From Alphaproteobacteria bacterium (GTDB taxonomy: Bacteria > Pseudomonadota > Alphaproteobacteria > Bin95): a stretch of 64,000 bases of DNA. The stretch lies in contig CAXXWS020000003.1 of the NCBI GenBank assembly GCA_963665325.3, positions 64,001 to 128,000 of the forward strand. The letters run 5' to 3'. This document shows, in pieces, positions 17,101 to 25,984 of the stretch. Position 1 is the first letter of the stretch. Each line of letters starts with the position of its first letter. The notes under the pieces were generated by a model. That model searched no databases, was not told where the DNA came from, and was given only the letters and a program-made list of their open reading frames with translations. The translations under genes were made by a program, and so were the position numbers.

Positions 17101-18064
17101 TGTGGCGCAGGTCGTGAAGGCGCACGTCCTCGATGCCGGCCTCGCGCCTGACGCGATACCAGAGCGGGACGTTGTCTCCGCGCGGGTGGGATTCTTGCCG
17201 GGACGAGGGAAAGACGAACGGGCTGCTTGTGCGCGGCTGTCGGTCGAGAATATGTCGGGCCTGGCTGTTGAGAGGAACCGTCCTCGGCCCTGTCTTGCTG
17301 TCGGGCAGGAACAGGTGGCCGTCTCGATAGTCGAGCCACCGGAGGGTGAGGATTTCGCTCTTGCGGCACCCGGTGAGCAGAAGCAGGCGAACGATGGCGA
17401 CTTGCTGCGGCCATCGGGCTTCGTGCGCGGCGAGCCTTTCGGAGAGGCGGCGGATTTCCGCTTCGGAGAGGAAGCGTTCGCGGCCCTTGCGGCGATAGCG
17501 CCTGATGCCCCGGCAGGGATTGGAGCCTTCCGGGCGCAGGCCCATCCGTTCCGCCTCCCTCATGATTACGGACAAAACCGGCATGGACCTGTCCGCGGCG
17601 ACCGGTGTTGCGCGCAGGCGGGCGAACCAGTGCCGTACCTCCTGCCGGTCGATGTCGGCGATCGGATGCCCGGCAAAGTGTGGCAGGAGCTGCTTGCGAA
17701 GATAGCTTCGGTTCACATAGAGCGTCCCTGCCTTCCAGACCCGTTCGTAACGCCGGAATACCGTCTCGGCGACCGCCTCGAAGAGGGTTTCACCCGGCGC
17801 GCAAGGCGCTCCTTCGTCGCGCCGGATCGCGGCGCGCATCTCGCCTGCAATGGATCGCGCCTCGCCCACGCTAACGGCTCCGGCATCGCCGATGATCTTC
17901 CAGACGCGCTCGCCACGGTGCTGGCATTGGATGAAGAACCGCTTGCGGCCCGAGGGCGACACGCGGACGCCGAAGCCCCTGAGCTTGGCATCTCGGACAC
18001 AGCGAACCGTCTTGTGGGGCTTGAGCGCCCTGACGCGGGCGTCGGTGAGGATGGTTCTGGGCAT
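17099..18064 (-). pseudogene. Tyrosine recombinase/integrase (arm-binding N-domain), truncated right after HDLRHS
   Basis: MPRTILTDARVRALKP...GFGVRV, LLLLTGCRKSEIL, DSKTG and RLHDLRHS are present; the LGH...Y box is absent, replaced by AT-rich read-through to a stop at 16988. Confidence 0.85.
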
Positions 18065-18244
18065 GCGAATTCTCCCGGCTCCGGTTGCAGCCGGGGAACA
18101 AACAGTTGCAGAATGCTCCCCGACTTCCATATTTTCGGGAGAAAAAACGACGCTATATCATATAGTTAGCACCGCCGAGGTGCGACCTGGTGTGAGGGGC
18201 GTGCGGTTTTTCGGCTTCCCGGTCGCTGGCGAGAAACCGGTGCG

Positions 18245-19519
18245 TCATTCGCGGACTTGCGCGCAGCGCTCGCGCGCCCGGGCGAGAGCCGTGTAGCGCG
18301 CGCGGATGCGGGCGGCGAGCGCGGCCGGCCATTCGCCGGCGTCGAGGAGGTCGAGAAAGTCGTCGAGCACCATCGCGAAATGCGCTTCGTGCGGCGTGTG
18401 GAGCGCGGCCGGGATGACGATCTCGCGTCCGAGGTCGGACGGTCGGTGCGACAGGCCGGGCATCTCGCCCTCCCAGGCGCGAAGCCTGTCCGAGAGGCGG
18501 GCCTCAAAGCCGGGTCCCGGATCGCGCGGCGCGAGGTGCAGCTCGCCCCGGAAGCCGGTTTCGGGCCCGCGGCGCGCGACGACCGTCGCGTGCTCGCCGC
18601 GGACCGTCGTGCGGTGCGCATCGCCGCCTCCGTCCGGCTCGCGCTGGCCCCATTCCGCCCGTTGGCGGACAGGCACGCCCCGCAGCCGGTACCGGATCTC
18701 GCCATTGCAGGCGAGGTGCAGCACCCCGGCATCCACAAGCGGCTCCAGAGCCTCCGGAAAATCGTCGAGTCCGGTGCTGGCCCGGAAGAGTTCGCGCGGC
18801 ACCGGGGTAGTCCAGCGGCGCGCGTCCTCGAGCTCGTAGTCCCGCTCGAACAGGAAGCCCGGGCCGTCGCCGACGAGCCATTGCGCCTGGTCGGCCATGT
18901 GGGACTGGATGTCGACGAGGCCGTCGCCCTGGATGCGGGTGTCGTAATACCAAGAGGGCCGCCGGAGCGGTGCGCCGTTCACCGCCTTGAGCAGGTGGTG
19001 CACGGACTGGATGTCGATCGCAGGCTCGTCCCCCTGCCCATCGAGGGCGCCGAACAGTTCCGGGTCGGCGGCGACCTTCTGCGTGAGCCTTGCCACCGCT
19101 TCGTGGCGGAAGGTCATGATGTCCATCGCAAGCGGCCAGCCCGACGTCGTCCGCTCGAGGTCCGGGAGGGCCGCGCTTTCGGTAAGCCAGGGCTTGTCGG
19201 CAAGCACGTGCAGCCCCGCCGCGTGCAGCCGCGCAACGGTCCCGAGCTTGGGCCGGGTACGCCCGGCAATAACGGCGATGTCCCCGCGCCGCTCGTCGAT
19301 CAGCGCCCGCTCCGGGTCGGCCGATTCGTGTATCCGGACCTTCCAGTCCGTCGGGCGGTCGTCCCGTGCGTTGAAGGAGTGGACCAGGGCGATGAAGGCG
19401 TCGCGCTCCGGACCGGGACGGGCATAGAGATGGACGGTCGGGCCGATGCGGGGATTCGCCGCCCGCAGGGTGAGAGCGGCGTGGAAGTGGCCGGGTTCCA
19501 GAAAGAGGAGCGTGTGCAT
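18245..19519 (-). CDS. Putative oxidoreductase (Gfo/Idh/MocA-like)
   Basis: EPGHFHAAL N-terminus, HVLADKPW motif, QGDGLVDIQSHMADQAQW. Confidence 0.75.
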   Translation of the reverse strand: MHTLLFLEPGHFHAALTLRAANPRIGPTVHLYARPGPERDAFIALVHSFNARDDRPTDWKVRIHESADPERALIDERRGDIAVIAGRTRPKLGTVARLHAAGLHVLADKPWLTESAALPDLERTTSGWPLAMDIMTFRHEAVARLTQKVAADPELFGALDGQGDEPAIDIQSVHHLLKAVNGAPLRRPSWYYDTRIQGDGLVDIQSHMADQAQWLVGDGPGFLFERDYELEDARRWTTPVPRELFRASTGLDDFPEALEPLVDAGVLHLACNGEIRYRLRGVPVRQRAEWGQREPDGGGDAHRTTVRGEHATVVARRGPETGFRGELHLAPRDPGPGFEARLSDRLRAWEGEMPGLSHRPSDLGREIVIPAALHTPHEAHFAMVLDDFLDLLDAGEWPAALAARIRARYTALARARERCAQVRE

Positions 19520-19705
19520 GGCGGGCGGGCAGCGGTCGGTGCGCGCGACGTTACCCGACGCGAGCCGGGACGGCCATGCGTTGGTGCGGCGCGGCTCGTG
19601 GATCGGGGCGGCCGTCCCACAATCCGCCCGCTCGGAACACCGGTCACCGGACGGGAATCGAGCGATATCGGGCTCGGGGGCTGCGACGACGGTTGCGCTT
19701 CCTTC

Positions 19706-20434
19706 TTATACCTCCCGCCCGAGCTGCTCCCTTATTGCCTTGCGCCTGATCTCGGCGACGGCGCTGCGCGGGAGGTTGCCGAGCTGGAAGGGGCCGTAGG
19801 CGATGCGGATCAGGCGGTTTACCGGGTGGCCGAGATATTCCAGCACCCGGCGCACCTCGCGGTTGCGCCCCTCGGCAAGGCTGACCGTCACCCAGGCATT
19901 GCCGCCGCGCTGCTCGTCGAGGCTCGCCGCGATCGGCCCGTAGCGCTCGCCGTCGATCTCCACACCCCCGGCGATCCGCGCGAGGCGGGCCTTGTCGACC
20001 CGGCCGCGCACCCGCGCCCTGTAGCGCCGGACCCAGCCGCGCGCCGGCAATTCGAGGTCGCGGGCAAGCTCCCCGTCATTCGTCAGCAGCAGCAGCCCCT
20101 CGGAGGCGAGATCGAGCCGCCCGACACTCACTACGCGCGGCAGGTGCCGGGGCAGGCTGTCGAACACGGTCTGCCGGCCCTCCGGGTCGCGGTCGGTCGT
20201 CACCAGGCCGGGCGGCTTGTGGTAGCGCCAGAGGCGGGCCGGCTCCGGCTCCGGCAGCGGCGCGCCGTCCACCTCGACAAGGTCCCGGGGTCCGACATTG
20301 ACAGCCGGGTCCGGCAGGGTTTGTCCGTTGAGCCTCACACGGCCTTCGTAGATGCGCCGTTCGGCCTCCCGCCGCGAGCAGATGCCGGCCCGCGCGATGC
20401 GCTTTGCGATGCGCTCGCCGCCGTCCCCGCTCAC
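19706..20434 (-). CDS. rluB: rRNA pseudouridine synthase with S4 domain (RluB family)
   Basis: ERIAKRIARAGICSRREAE S4 domain, YHKPPG, VGRLDLASEGLLLLTNDG, EGRNREVRR; GTG start. Confidence 0.9.
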   Translation of the reverse strand: MSGDGGERIAKRIARAGICSRREAERRIYEGRVRLNGQTLPDPAVNVGPRDLVEVDGAPLPEPEPARLWRYHKPPGLVTTDRDPEGRQTVFDSLPRHLPRVVSVGRLDLASEGLLLLTNDGELARDLELPARGWVRRYRARVRGRVDKARLARIAGGVEIDGERYGPIAASLDEQRGGNAWVTVSLAEGRNREVRRVLEYLGHPVNRLIRIAYGPFQLGNLPRSAVAEIRRKAIREQLGREV

Positions 20435-21156
20435 GGCATGGCGTCCCGCGCCGCCGCCACGAAGGCTTCGACGATGCGCGCGTCGCCCCGGTCGATATGG
20501 AACTCCGGATGCCACTGCACGCCGAGGCAGAAGCGGTAGCCCGGCGCCTCGATGCCCTCGATAACGCCATCGGGCGCGCGGGCATTGACGGTGACGCCCG
20601 GCGGCTCGTCGGCAGCGGCCTGGTGGTGGGCGCTGTTTACATGCAGCGTGTCCGCCCCGACGATTTCCGCAAGCCGCGTGCCGGGCTCGACGGCGACCGC
20701 ATGGCCGGGTTGGGTGCGCGGGTTGGGCTGCTCATGGGCGAGTGCGTCCGGCACCTCGTCCGGAATGTGCTGGATCAGCCGCCCGCCCAACGCGACATGC
20801 AGCAATTGCTGGCCGCCGCAAATGCCGAGCAGGGCCATGTCGCGGGCGAGCGCGCCGTGCACCATGGCGAGCTCGAAATCGGTGCGTCCGGGCTTGAGCG
20901 AGACGGCCTCATGGCGCTCAGCCGCGCCGAACAGCGCCGGATCGACATCGAACGCCCCGCCCGTGACCAGCAGGCCGTCGATGCGATCGAGATAGGCGTG
21001 TGCATGGGCCGTCTCGTGCGGCAGCAGGAGCGGCACGCCGCCCGCCGCGCTCACCGCGCCCGCATAGTTGCAGCGCAGCGCATACCACGGCAGGCTGGAA
21101 TAGCCGCCGGCGGGTTCCCGGTCGACGGTAAGGCCGATGACTGGAAGGCGCGCCAT
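20431..21156 (-). CDS. Gamma-glutamyl-gamma-aminobutyrate hydrolase family (peptidase C26)
   Basis: GLLVTGG, LGICGGQQ nucleophile, VNSAHHQA, GVQWHPE. Confidence 0.9.
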   Translation of the reverse strand: MARLPVIGLTVDREPAGGYSSLPWYALRCNYAGAVSAAGGVPLLLPHETAHAHAYLDRIDGLLVTGGAFDVDPALFGAAERHEAVSLKPGRTDFELAMVHGALARDMALLGICGGQQLLHVALGGRLIQHIPDEVPDALAHEQPNPRTQPGHAVAVEPGTRLAEIVGADTLHVNSAHHQAAADEPPGVTVNARAPDGVIEGIEAPGYRFCLGVQWHPEFHIDRGDARIVEAFVAAARDAMP

Positions 21157-21184
21157 GGCGCCCGTCTACACGCTTCACCGGGCA

Positions 21185-21622
21185 ATGCAACGGGCGCTTG
21201 CGCTGGCGGAGGCCGCCACCGGGCGTGCTCCAGCCGATGCGCCGGTGGGCGCGGTGCTGCTCGACCCGGACGGACGGGCGCTCGCTGAGGCGCATAACGA
21301 GGTCGAGGCGGGCGCGGACCCGACCGCCCATGCCGAGGTACTGGCGCTACGCCGCGGGGCCGCTGAGCTGGGCCGGCCGCGCCTCGACGGCTGCACCCTG
21401 GTGGTCACGCTGGAGCCCTGCGCAATGTGCGCGCAAGCCGCCGCTCACGCGCGAATCGCCCGCCTCGTCTTCGGCGCCTGGGACCCGAAGGGCGGCGGCG
21501 TGGACCACGGCGCGCGCGTCTTCGACCGCGAGACCTGCACCCACCGCCCCGAGGTGGTAGGCGGCCTGATGGAAACCGAAGCCGCCGCCCTGCTCTCGGC
21601 GTTCTTCCGGGAGCGGCGGTAG
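21185..21622 (+). CDS. tadA: tRNA adenosine(34) deaminase / nucleoside deaminase
   Basis: PVGAVL, DPTAHAEVLALR, VTLEPCAMCA, FGAWDPKGG; start could also be 21155. Confidence 0.88.
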   Translation: MQRALALAEAATGRAPADAPVGAVLLDPDGRALAEAHNEVEAGADPTAHAEVLALRRGAAELGRPRLDGCTLVVTLEPCAMCAQAAAHARIARLVFGAWDPKGGGVDHGARVFDRETCTHRPEVVGGLMETEAAALLSAFFRERR

Positions 21623-21703
21623 GCCGCTGCCCCTCTTCCCGCTTGCCGCGCCGGGGCGGGCGTTGGACAATCGCGCCTTGCGCTAGAGGGAGGAGAGGGC
21701 GTC

Positions 21704-22663
21704 ATGGCGGTCATTCTGGGCAGCGGCGAGCATCGTTACCGTGTCGTCGAGGACTGGGCGAAGCTGCCCGAGGGCTGGGAGTTTCGCGATGTCGCTGCGG
21801 TTGCGGTGGACAGCAAGGACCGGGTCTATGCGTTCAACCGCGGCGAGCACCCGATGATCGTCTTCGACCGCGACGGCAACTTCCTGCGCTCCTGGGGCGA
21901 GGGGGAGTATCCGCGCGCCCACGGCATCCATATCGGCCCGGACGAGACGCTCTATCTCACCGACGACGGCAGCCACACCGTCAAGCGCGTTACGCCGGAA
22001 GGCAAGGTGCTGATGACGCTCGGCGTGCCCGGCACGCCCGCGCCCTTCATGAGCAACGAGCCGTTCCACCGCTGCACCCACACCGCGATCTCGCCGGACG
22101 GGCACCTGTTCGTCTCCGACGGCTACGGCAATGCCTGCGTCCACAAATATTCGCCCGACGGCAAGCTGGTGAAGAGCTGGGGCGAGAGCGGCTCCGACCC
22201 CGGACAGTTCAACATCGTCCACAACATCACCGCCGACGACGACGGCTGGATCTATGTCGCCGACCGCGAGAACCACCGAGTCCAGGTGTTCGACACCGAG
22301 GGGCGCTATGAGGCGCAGTGGAACAACCTCCACCGGCCCTGCGGCCTCTACATGCCGCGCGGCTCCTGCCCGCACTGCTTCATCGGCGAACTCGGGCCGG
22401 GCATGGCCGTCAACCGCCACCACCCGAATCTCGGGCCCCGCCTCTCCATCGTCACGAACGAAGGCGAGCTGGTCGCGCGCCTCGGCGGCGAGGACGGGCC
22501 GGGGCTGGAGCCCGGCAAGTTCCTCGCCCCGCACGGCCTCGCCGTGGACAGCCGGGGCGACATCTATGTCGGCGAGGTCGCCTATACCAACTGGGAGGCG
22601 AGCTTCGGGGACGAACCGCGGCCCGGCTATCTGCGCACCCTCCAGAAACTCGAAAAGGTCTGA
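21704..22663 (+). CDS. NHL-repeat beta-propeller protein (peptidyl-alpha-hydroxyglycine lyase-like)
   Basis: Repeated NHL blades (FVSDGYGNACVHKYSPDG, IYVADRENHRVQVFD, PHGLAVDSRGDIYVGEV); RBS GGAGG. Confidence 0.88.
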   Translation: MAVILGSGEHRYRVVEDWAKLPEGWEFRDVAAVAVDSKDRVYAFNRGEHPMIVFDRDGNFLRSWGEGEYPRAHGIHIGPDETLYLTDDGSHTVKRVTPEGKVLMTLGVPGTPAPFMSNEPFHRCTHTAISPDGHLFVSDGYGNACVHKYSPDGKLVKSWGESGSDPGQFNIVHNITADDDGWIYVADRENHRVQVFDTEGRYEAQWNNLHRPCGLYMPRGSCPHCFIGELGPGMAVNRHHPNLGPRLSIVTNEGELVARLGGEDGPGLEPGKFLAPHGLAVDSRGDIYVGEVAYTNWEASFGDEPRPGYLRTLQKLEKV

Positions 22664-22672
22664 GCCCCGCCC

Positions 22673-23590
22673 ATGGTCCCCGAGCCCAAGGTCATCGAGA
22701 CCCGCATCCACGCCGTCCTACCGGAGGAGCTCCGCGTCACGGACCGCGAAAGCGCCTTCACGCGCGAGATCTTCCGCGGCCACCGGGTCGGCTCCTTCCT
22801 GGAGGGGCCGGCCTTCGACGGCGCCGGCAATCTCTACATGGTCGATATCGCCTTCGGGCGCATCCTGAGGCTCGCGCCCGACGGCGGCTGGTCGGTGACG
22901 GCCGCGTATGACGGCCACCCGAACGGCATGAAGCTGCACCGGGACGGGCGGCTGTTCGTCGCCGACCGGCAGAACGGCGTCATGGTCGTCGATCCCGTGA
23001 GCGGCCGCGTCGAAACCTTTCTCGGGCCCGACCGGCTGCCCGGCTACAAGGGGCTGAACGACCTGTTCTTTGCGTCGAACGGCGATCTCTACTTCACCGA
23101 CCAGGGCGCGAGCGGCCTGCATGACCCGACCGGGCGCGTCTTCCGGCTTTCCGCTGCCGGCAAGCTCGACTGCCTGGTTTCCAATGCGCCGAGCCCGAAC
23201 GGCCTCGTCATGAACCCGGCGGAGACGGAGCTCTATGTGGCGGTCACACGCGACAACGCCGTCTGGCGGGTGCCGTTCCGCGAGGACGGCACGGTGCATC
23301 GCGTCGGCCTCTTCTGCCGGCTGATCGGCGGCATGGGGCCGGACGGCATGGCCGTCGACCGGGCCGGCAATGTCGCCGTTGCGCACGCAGGCGGCGGGCA
23401 GGTCTGGCTCTGGTCGGCAAGCGGCCTGCCGACCCACCGCGCGGTCGCCTGCGACGGCGGCGCGCTCACCACCAATGTCGCCTATGGCGGGCCGGACGGG
23501 CGCACGCTGTTCATCACCAACTCGCTCAGCGAGAATGTGCTGGCGGCGGAAATGCCGGAGCCGGGCGAGCCGATGTTCGGGCCCGCATGA
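22673..23590 (+). CDS. SMP-30/gluconolactonase/LRE family protein
   Basis: FLEGPAFD, PNGM, NDLFF...YFTDQG, PNGLV, GPDGMAVD, TNVAYGG. Confidence 0.9.
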   Translation: MVPEPKVIETRIHAVLPEELRVTDRESAFTREIFRGHRVGSFLEGPAFDGAGNLYMVDIAFGRILRLAPDGGWSVTAAYDGHPNGMKLHRDGRLFVADRQNGVMVVDPVSGRVETFLGPDRLPGYKGLNDLFFASNGDLYFTDQGASGLHDPTGRVFRLSAAGKLDCLVSNAPSPNGLVMNPAETELYVAVTRDNAVWRVPFREDGTVHRVGLFCRLIGGMGPDGMAVDRAGNVAVAHAGGGQVWLWSASGLPTHRAVACDGGALTTNVAYGGPDGRTLFITNSLSENVLAAEMPEPGEPMFGPA

Positions 23591-23621
23591 GCAAGCCGCA
23601 ACGAAACACGGAGACGGGACG

Positions 23622-24071
23622 ATGACAGGCAAAGCGGTACCGGTCGGCATCAACCACGTCGCGCTGGAAGTGGACGACATCCAGGAGGCGCTTGACTTCT
23701 ATGGCGGCTTCCTCGCGCTCGACATCGCGCGGCAGAACGAGAAGGCGGCCTTCGTCTATTTTGGCGACCAGTTCATAAATTTCTCCGTGGGCCGCCGACA
23801 GGGGCCGGACGACAACCGCCATTTCGGTATCGCGGTGGACGACAAGGACCTCGCCATCCGCCGGCTGGAGGAGATGGGCGTGGAATTGCTCGAAGGGCCG
23901 TTCACCGATTTTCTCGACCCTTGGGGCAACCGGGTGGAGCTCACCACCTACACCAAGATCCAGTACACCAAGGCCGAGCATGTGCTTCGCGGCATGGGCC
24001 TCGGCCATCTCGAAAAGGCGCCGGAGGCGGTGCAGGAGCTCGCCGCCAAGGGCATGGGCCCCGGCGAATGA
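23622..24071 (+). CDS. VOC/glyoxalase family protein
   Basis: GINHVALEVDDIQEALDFY, HFGIAVDD, DPWGNRVEL. Confidence 0.88.
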   Translation: MTGKAVPVGINHVALEVDDIQEALDFYGGFLALDIARQNEKAAFVYFGDQFINFSVGRRQGPDDNRHFGIAVDDKDLAIRRLEEMGVELLEGPFTDFLDPWGNRVELTTYTKIQYTKAEHVLRGMGLGHLEKAPEAVQELAAKGMGPGE

Positions 24072-24117
24072 CCGCAGGCGGCGGACCGCCGCGACCGGAC
24101 GACAGGGAGGACAGCAT

Positions 24118-25050
24118 ATGAGCGGGCGTTTCGGCTTCGCGCCGGTGGAGGACCGGCCGATTGCCTATCTGGACCGTATCCGCCGCTATTACGAGACGCT
24201 GGGCTACGGCAAGCCATACGAGTGGGCGCACTATGTCGAGACGCCTTTCGCGGCACTCGGGAAGCCGCTGGCGGAGGCGCGCGTCGCGCTTGTTACCACG
24301 GCGGCGCCCTACCAGCCCGGCAAGGGCGACCAGGGGCCGGGCGCGCCCTACAATGCGGCGGCCAAGTTCTACAGCGTCTATTCCGGCGACAGCATGTGGG
24401 ACCCGGACCTGCGCATCTCCCATATCGCCATCGACCGCGACCACACCACGGCCGAGGATATCGGCAGCTGGTTCCCGCTCCGGGAGCTTCGCGCCGCCGC
24501 CGGGGAAGGCCGGATCGGGGAGGTCGCGCCGCGCTTCCACGGCGCGCCCACCAACCGCAGCCACGCGGCGACCATCGAGGTAGATGCTCCGGAACTGCTG
24601 GCGCGCTGCCGCGAGGACGGGGCCGACGCGGTCGTTCTCGCCGCGAACTGACCGGTGTGCCACCAGACCGTGAGTCTGGCTGCACGCGCACTGGAAGAGG
24701 CAGGCATCCCCACAGTCGTCATGGGCTGCGCCAGGGACATTGTGGAGCATGCCGGCGTGCCGCGCTTCCTGTTCAGCGATTTCCCGCTCGGCAATCCGGC
24801 CGGGCGCCCGCACGATCCGGACTCGCAGCGCGAGACGCTGGCTCTGGCGCTCCGGCTACTGGAAAGCGCGCCGGGCCCGAACACAACGGTGCGCAACCCG
24901 CTCAAATGGTCGGACGATCCGTCCTGGAAGTGGGACTTCTCCAATATCGACCTCGTGCCGCCGGAGGAGATCGCGCGGCGCCGGGCGGAATTCGACCGCA
25001 TCAAGGAAGTGGCGAAGACCCGGCGCGAAGAGGATGCGGCCGCCGGCTGA
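24118..25050 (+). CDS. Selenoprotein B-like protein of the glycine/sarcosine/betaine/D-proline reductase (GrdB/PrdB-like) family; Sec at UGA 24649-24651
   Basis: ORFs ending at 24651 and starting at 24655 are in the same frame; read-through gives ADAVVLAAN-U-PVCHQTVSLAARALEEAGIPTV (UxxC); SECIS-like hairpin directly downstream. Confidence 0.85.
24649..24687 (+). promoter_or_regulatory. Bacterial SECIS element
   Basis: UGA, then lower stem GUGUGC/GCACGC, upper stem CCAGAC/GUCUGG and apical loop CGUGA (G at loop position 2) starting 17 nt after the UGA. Confidence 0.75.
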
Positions 25051-25115
25051 CCGGGCGGGAAATCCGGGCTATACCCTTCACGCAGACCGGAACCCGCAGG
25101 CGAGGAGCGGCCGAC

Positions 25116-25910
25116 ATGGAATATGCCGATGGCAGGATGCTGGCCGAGAAGGAGGCCGGGATCGGCTGGATGACCTTCAACAATCCGGCCCGGCGCAACG
25201 CCATGACCATGGAGATGTGGCAGGGCGCGGACGCCATACTGGCCGACTTCGAGGCCGATCCGGAAGTGCGCGTCATCGTGCTGAAGGGAGCGGGCGACAA
25301 GGCCTTCGTTTCCGGGGCCGACATCTCGCAATTCGAGAAGAACCGCGCCGACGCTGCGGCTGCGGCGCGCTACAACGCCGTGACCGATGCCGGCCGCCAG
25401 CGGCTCGCGGGCGCGGAGAAGCCCGTGATCGCCATGATTCGCGGCTTCTGCATGGGCGGCGGCCTCGGCATCGCCATGACCTGCGATCTGCGCTTCGCCG
25501 CCGAGGGGTCGGAGTTCGGAATTCCGGCCGCCCGTCTCGGCATCGCCTATAATTTCGAGAATGTGCGAAGCCTTGTCGGCCTGGTCGGGCCGGCGCGGGC
25601 CAAGGACATCCTGTTCTCCGGCCGCCGGCTCCCGGCGGAGGAAGCCTATGCGGTCGGCCTGATCGACCGCCTGCTGCCGGGGGAGGAACTGGAGGGCCAT
25701 GTGCGCGACTACGCGGCCCAGCTCGCCCGGAACGCGCCGCTCTCGATCCGCGCCTCCAAGCTCACCATCCGCGAGGTGATGGCCGACCGGCAGGAGCGCG
25801 AGGCCGGGCTGATCGAGGCGCTGGGCAAGGCTTGCTTCGACAGCGCCGACTACCGCGAAGGCCGCACCGCCTTCATGGAGAAACGCCGCCCCGTCTTCAC
25901 CGGCAGCTGA
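25116..25910 (+). CDS. Enoyl-CoA hydratase/isomerase
   Basis: FNNPARRNAM, AFVSGADISQF, KPVIAMIRGFCMGGG, DYREGRTAFMEKRRPVF. Confidence 0.92.
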   Translation: MEYADGRMLAEKEAGIGWMTFNNPARRNAMTMEMWQGADAILADFEADPEVRVIVLKGAGDKAFVSGADISQFEKNRADAAAAARYNAVTDAGRQRLAGAEKPVIAMIRGFCMGGGLGIAMTCDLRFAAEGSEFGIPAARLGIAYNFENVRSLVGLVGPARAKDILFSGRRLPAEEAYAVGLIDRLLPGEELEGHVRDYAAQLARNAPLSIRASKLTIREVMADRQEREAGLIEALGKACFDSADYREGRTAFMEKRRPVFTGS

Positions 25911-25984
25911 ACTGCCGAGCCTGCTCCCGTCCGGCAGCCGGTCCGACCGGCGGCTTGTACGCCCGCTTGGGAAGGACACAACCG

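Noticed and set aside
16988-18130. Integrase as an intact 380-aa gene
   Set aside because: The C-terminal ~35 codons are AT-rich read-through lacking the LGH and catalytic Tyr region.
21137-21190. Overlapping divergent starts of tadA and the peptidase C26 gene
   Set aside because: Most likely start-codon ambiguity; ATG 21185 removes the overlap.
23980-25050. Two separate ORFs or a nonsense pseudogene
   Set aside because: Same frame, UxxC context and a SECIS-like hairpin favour selenocysteine read-through.
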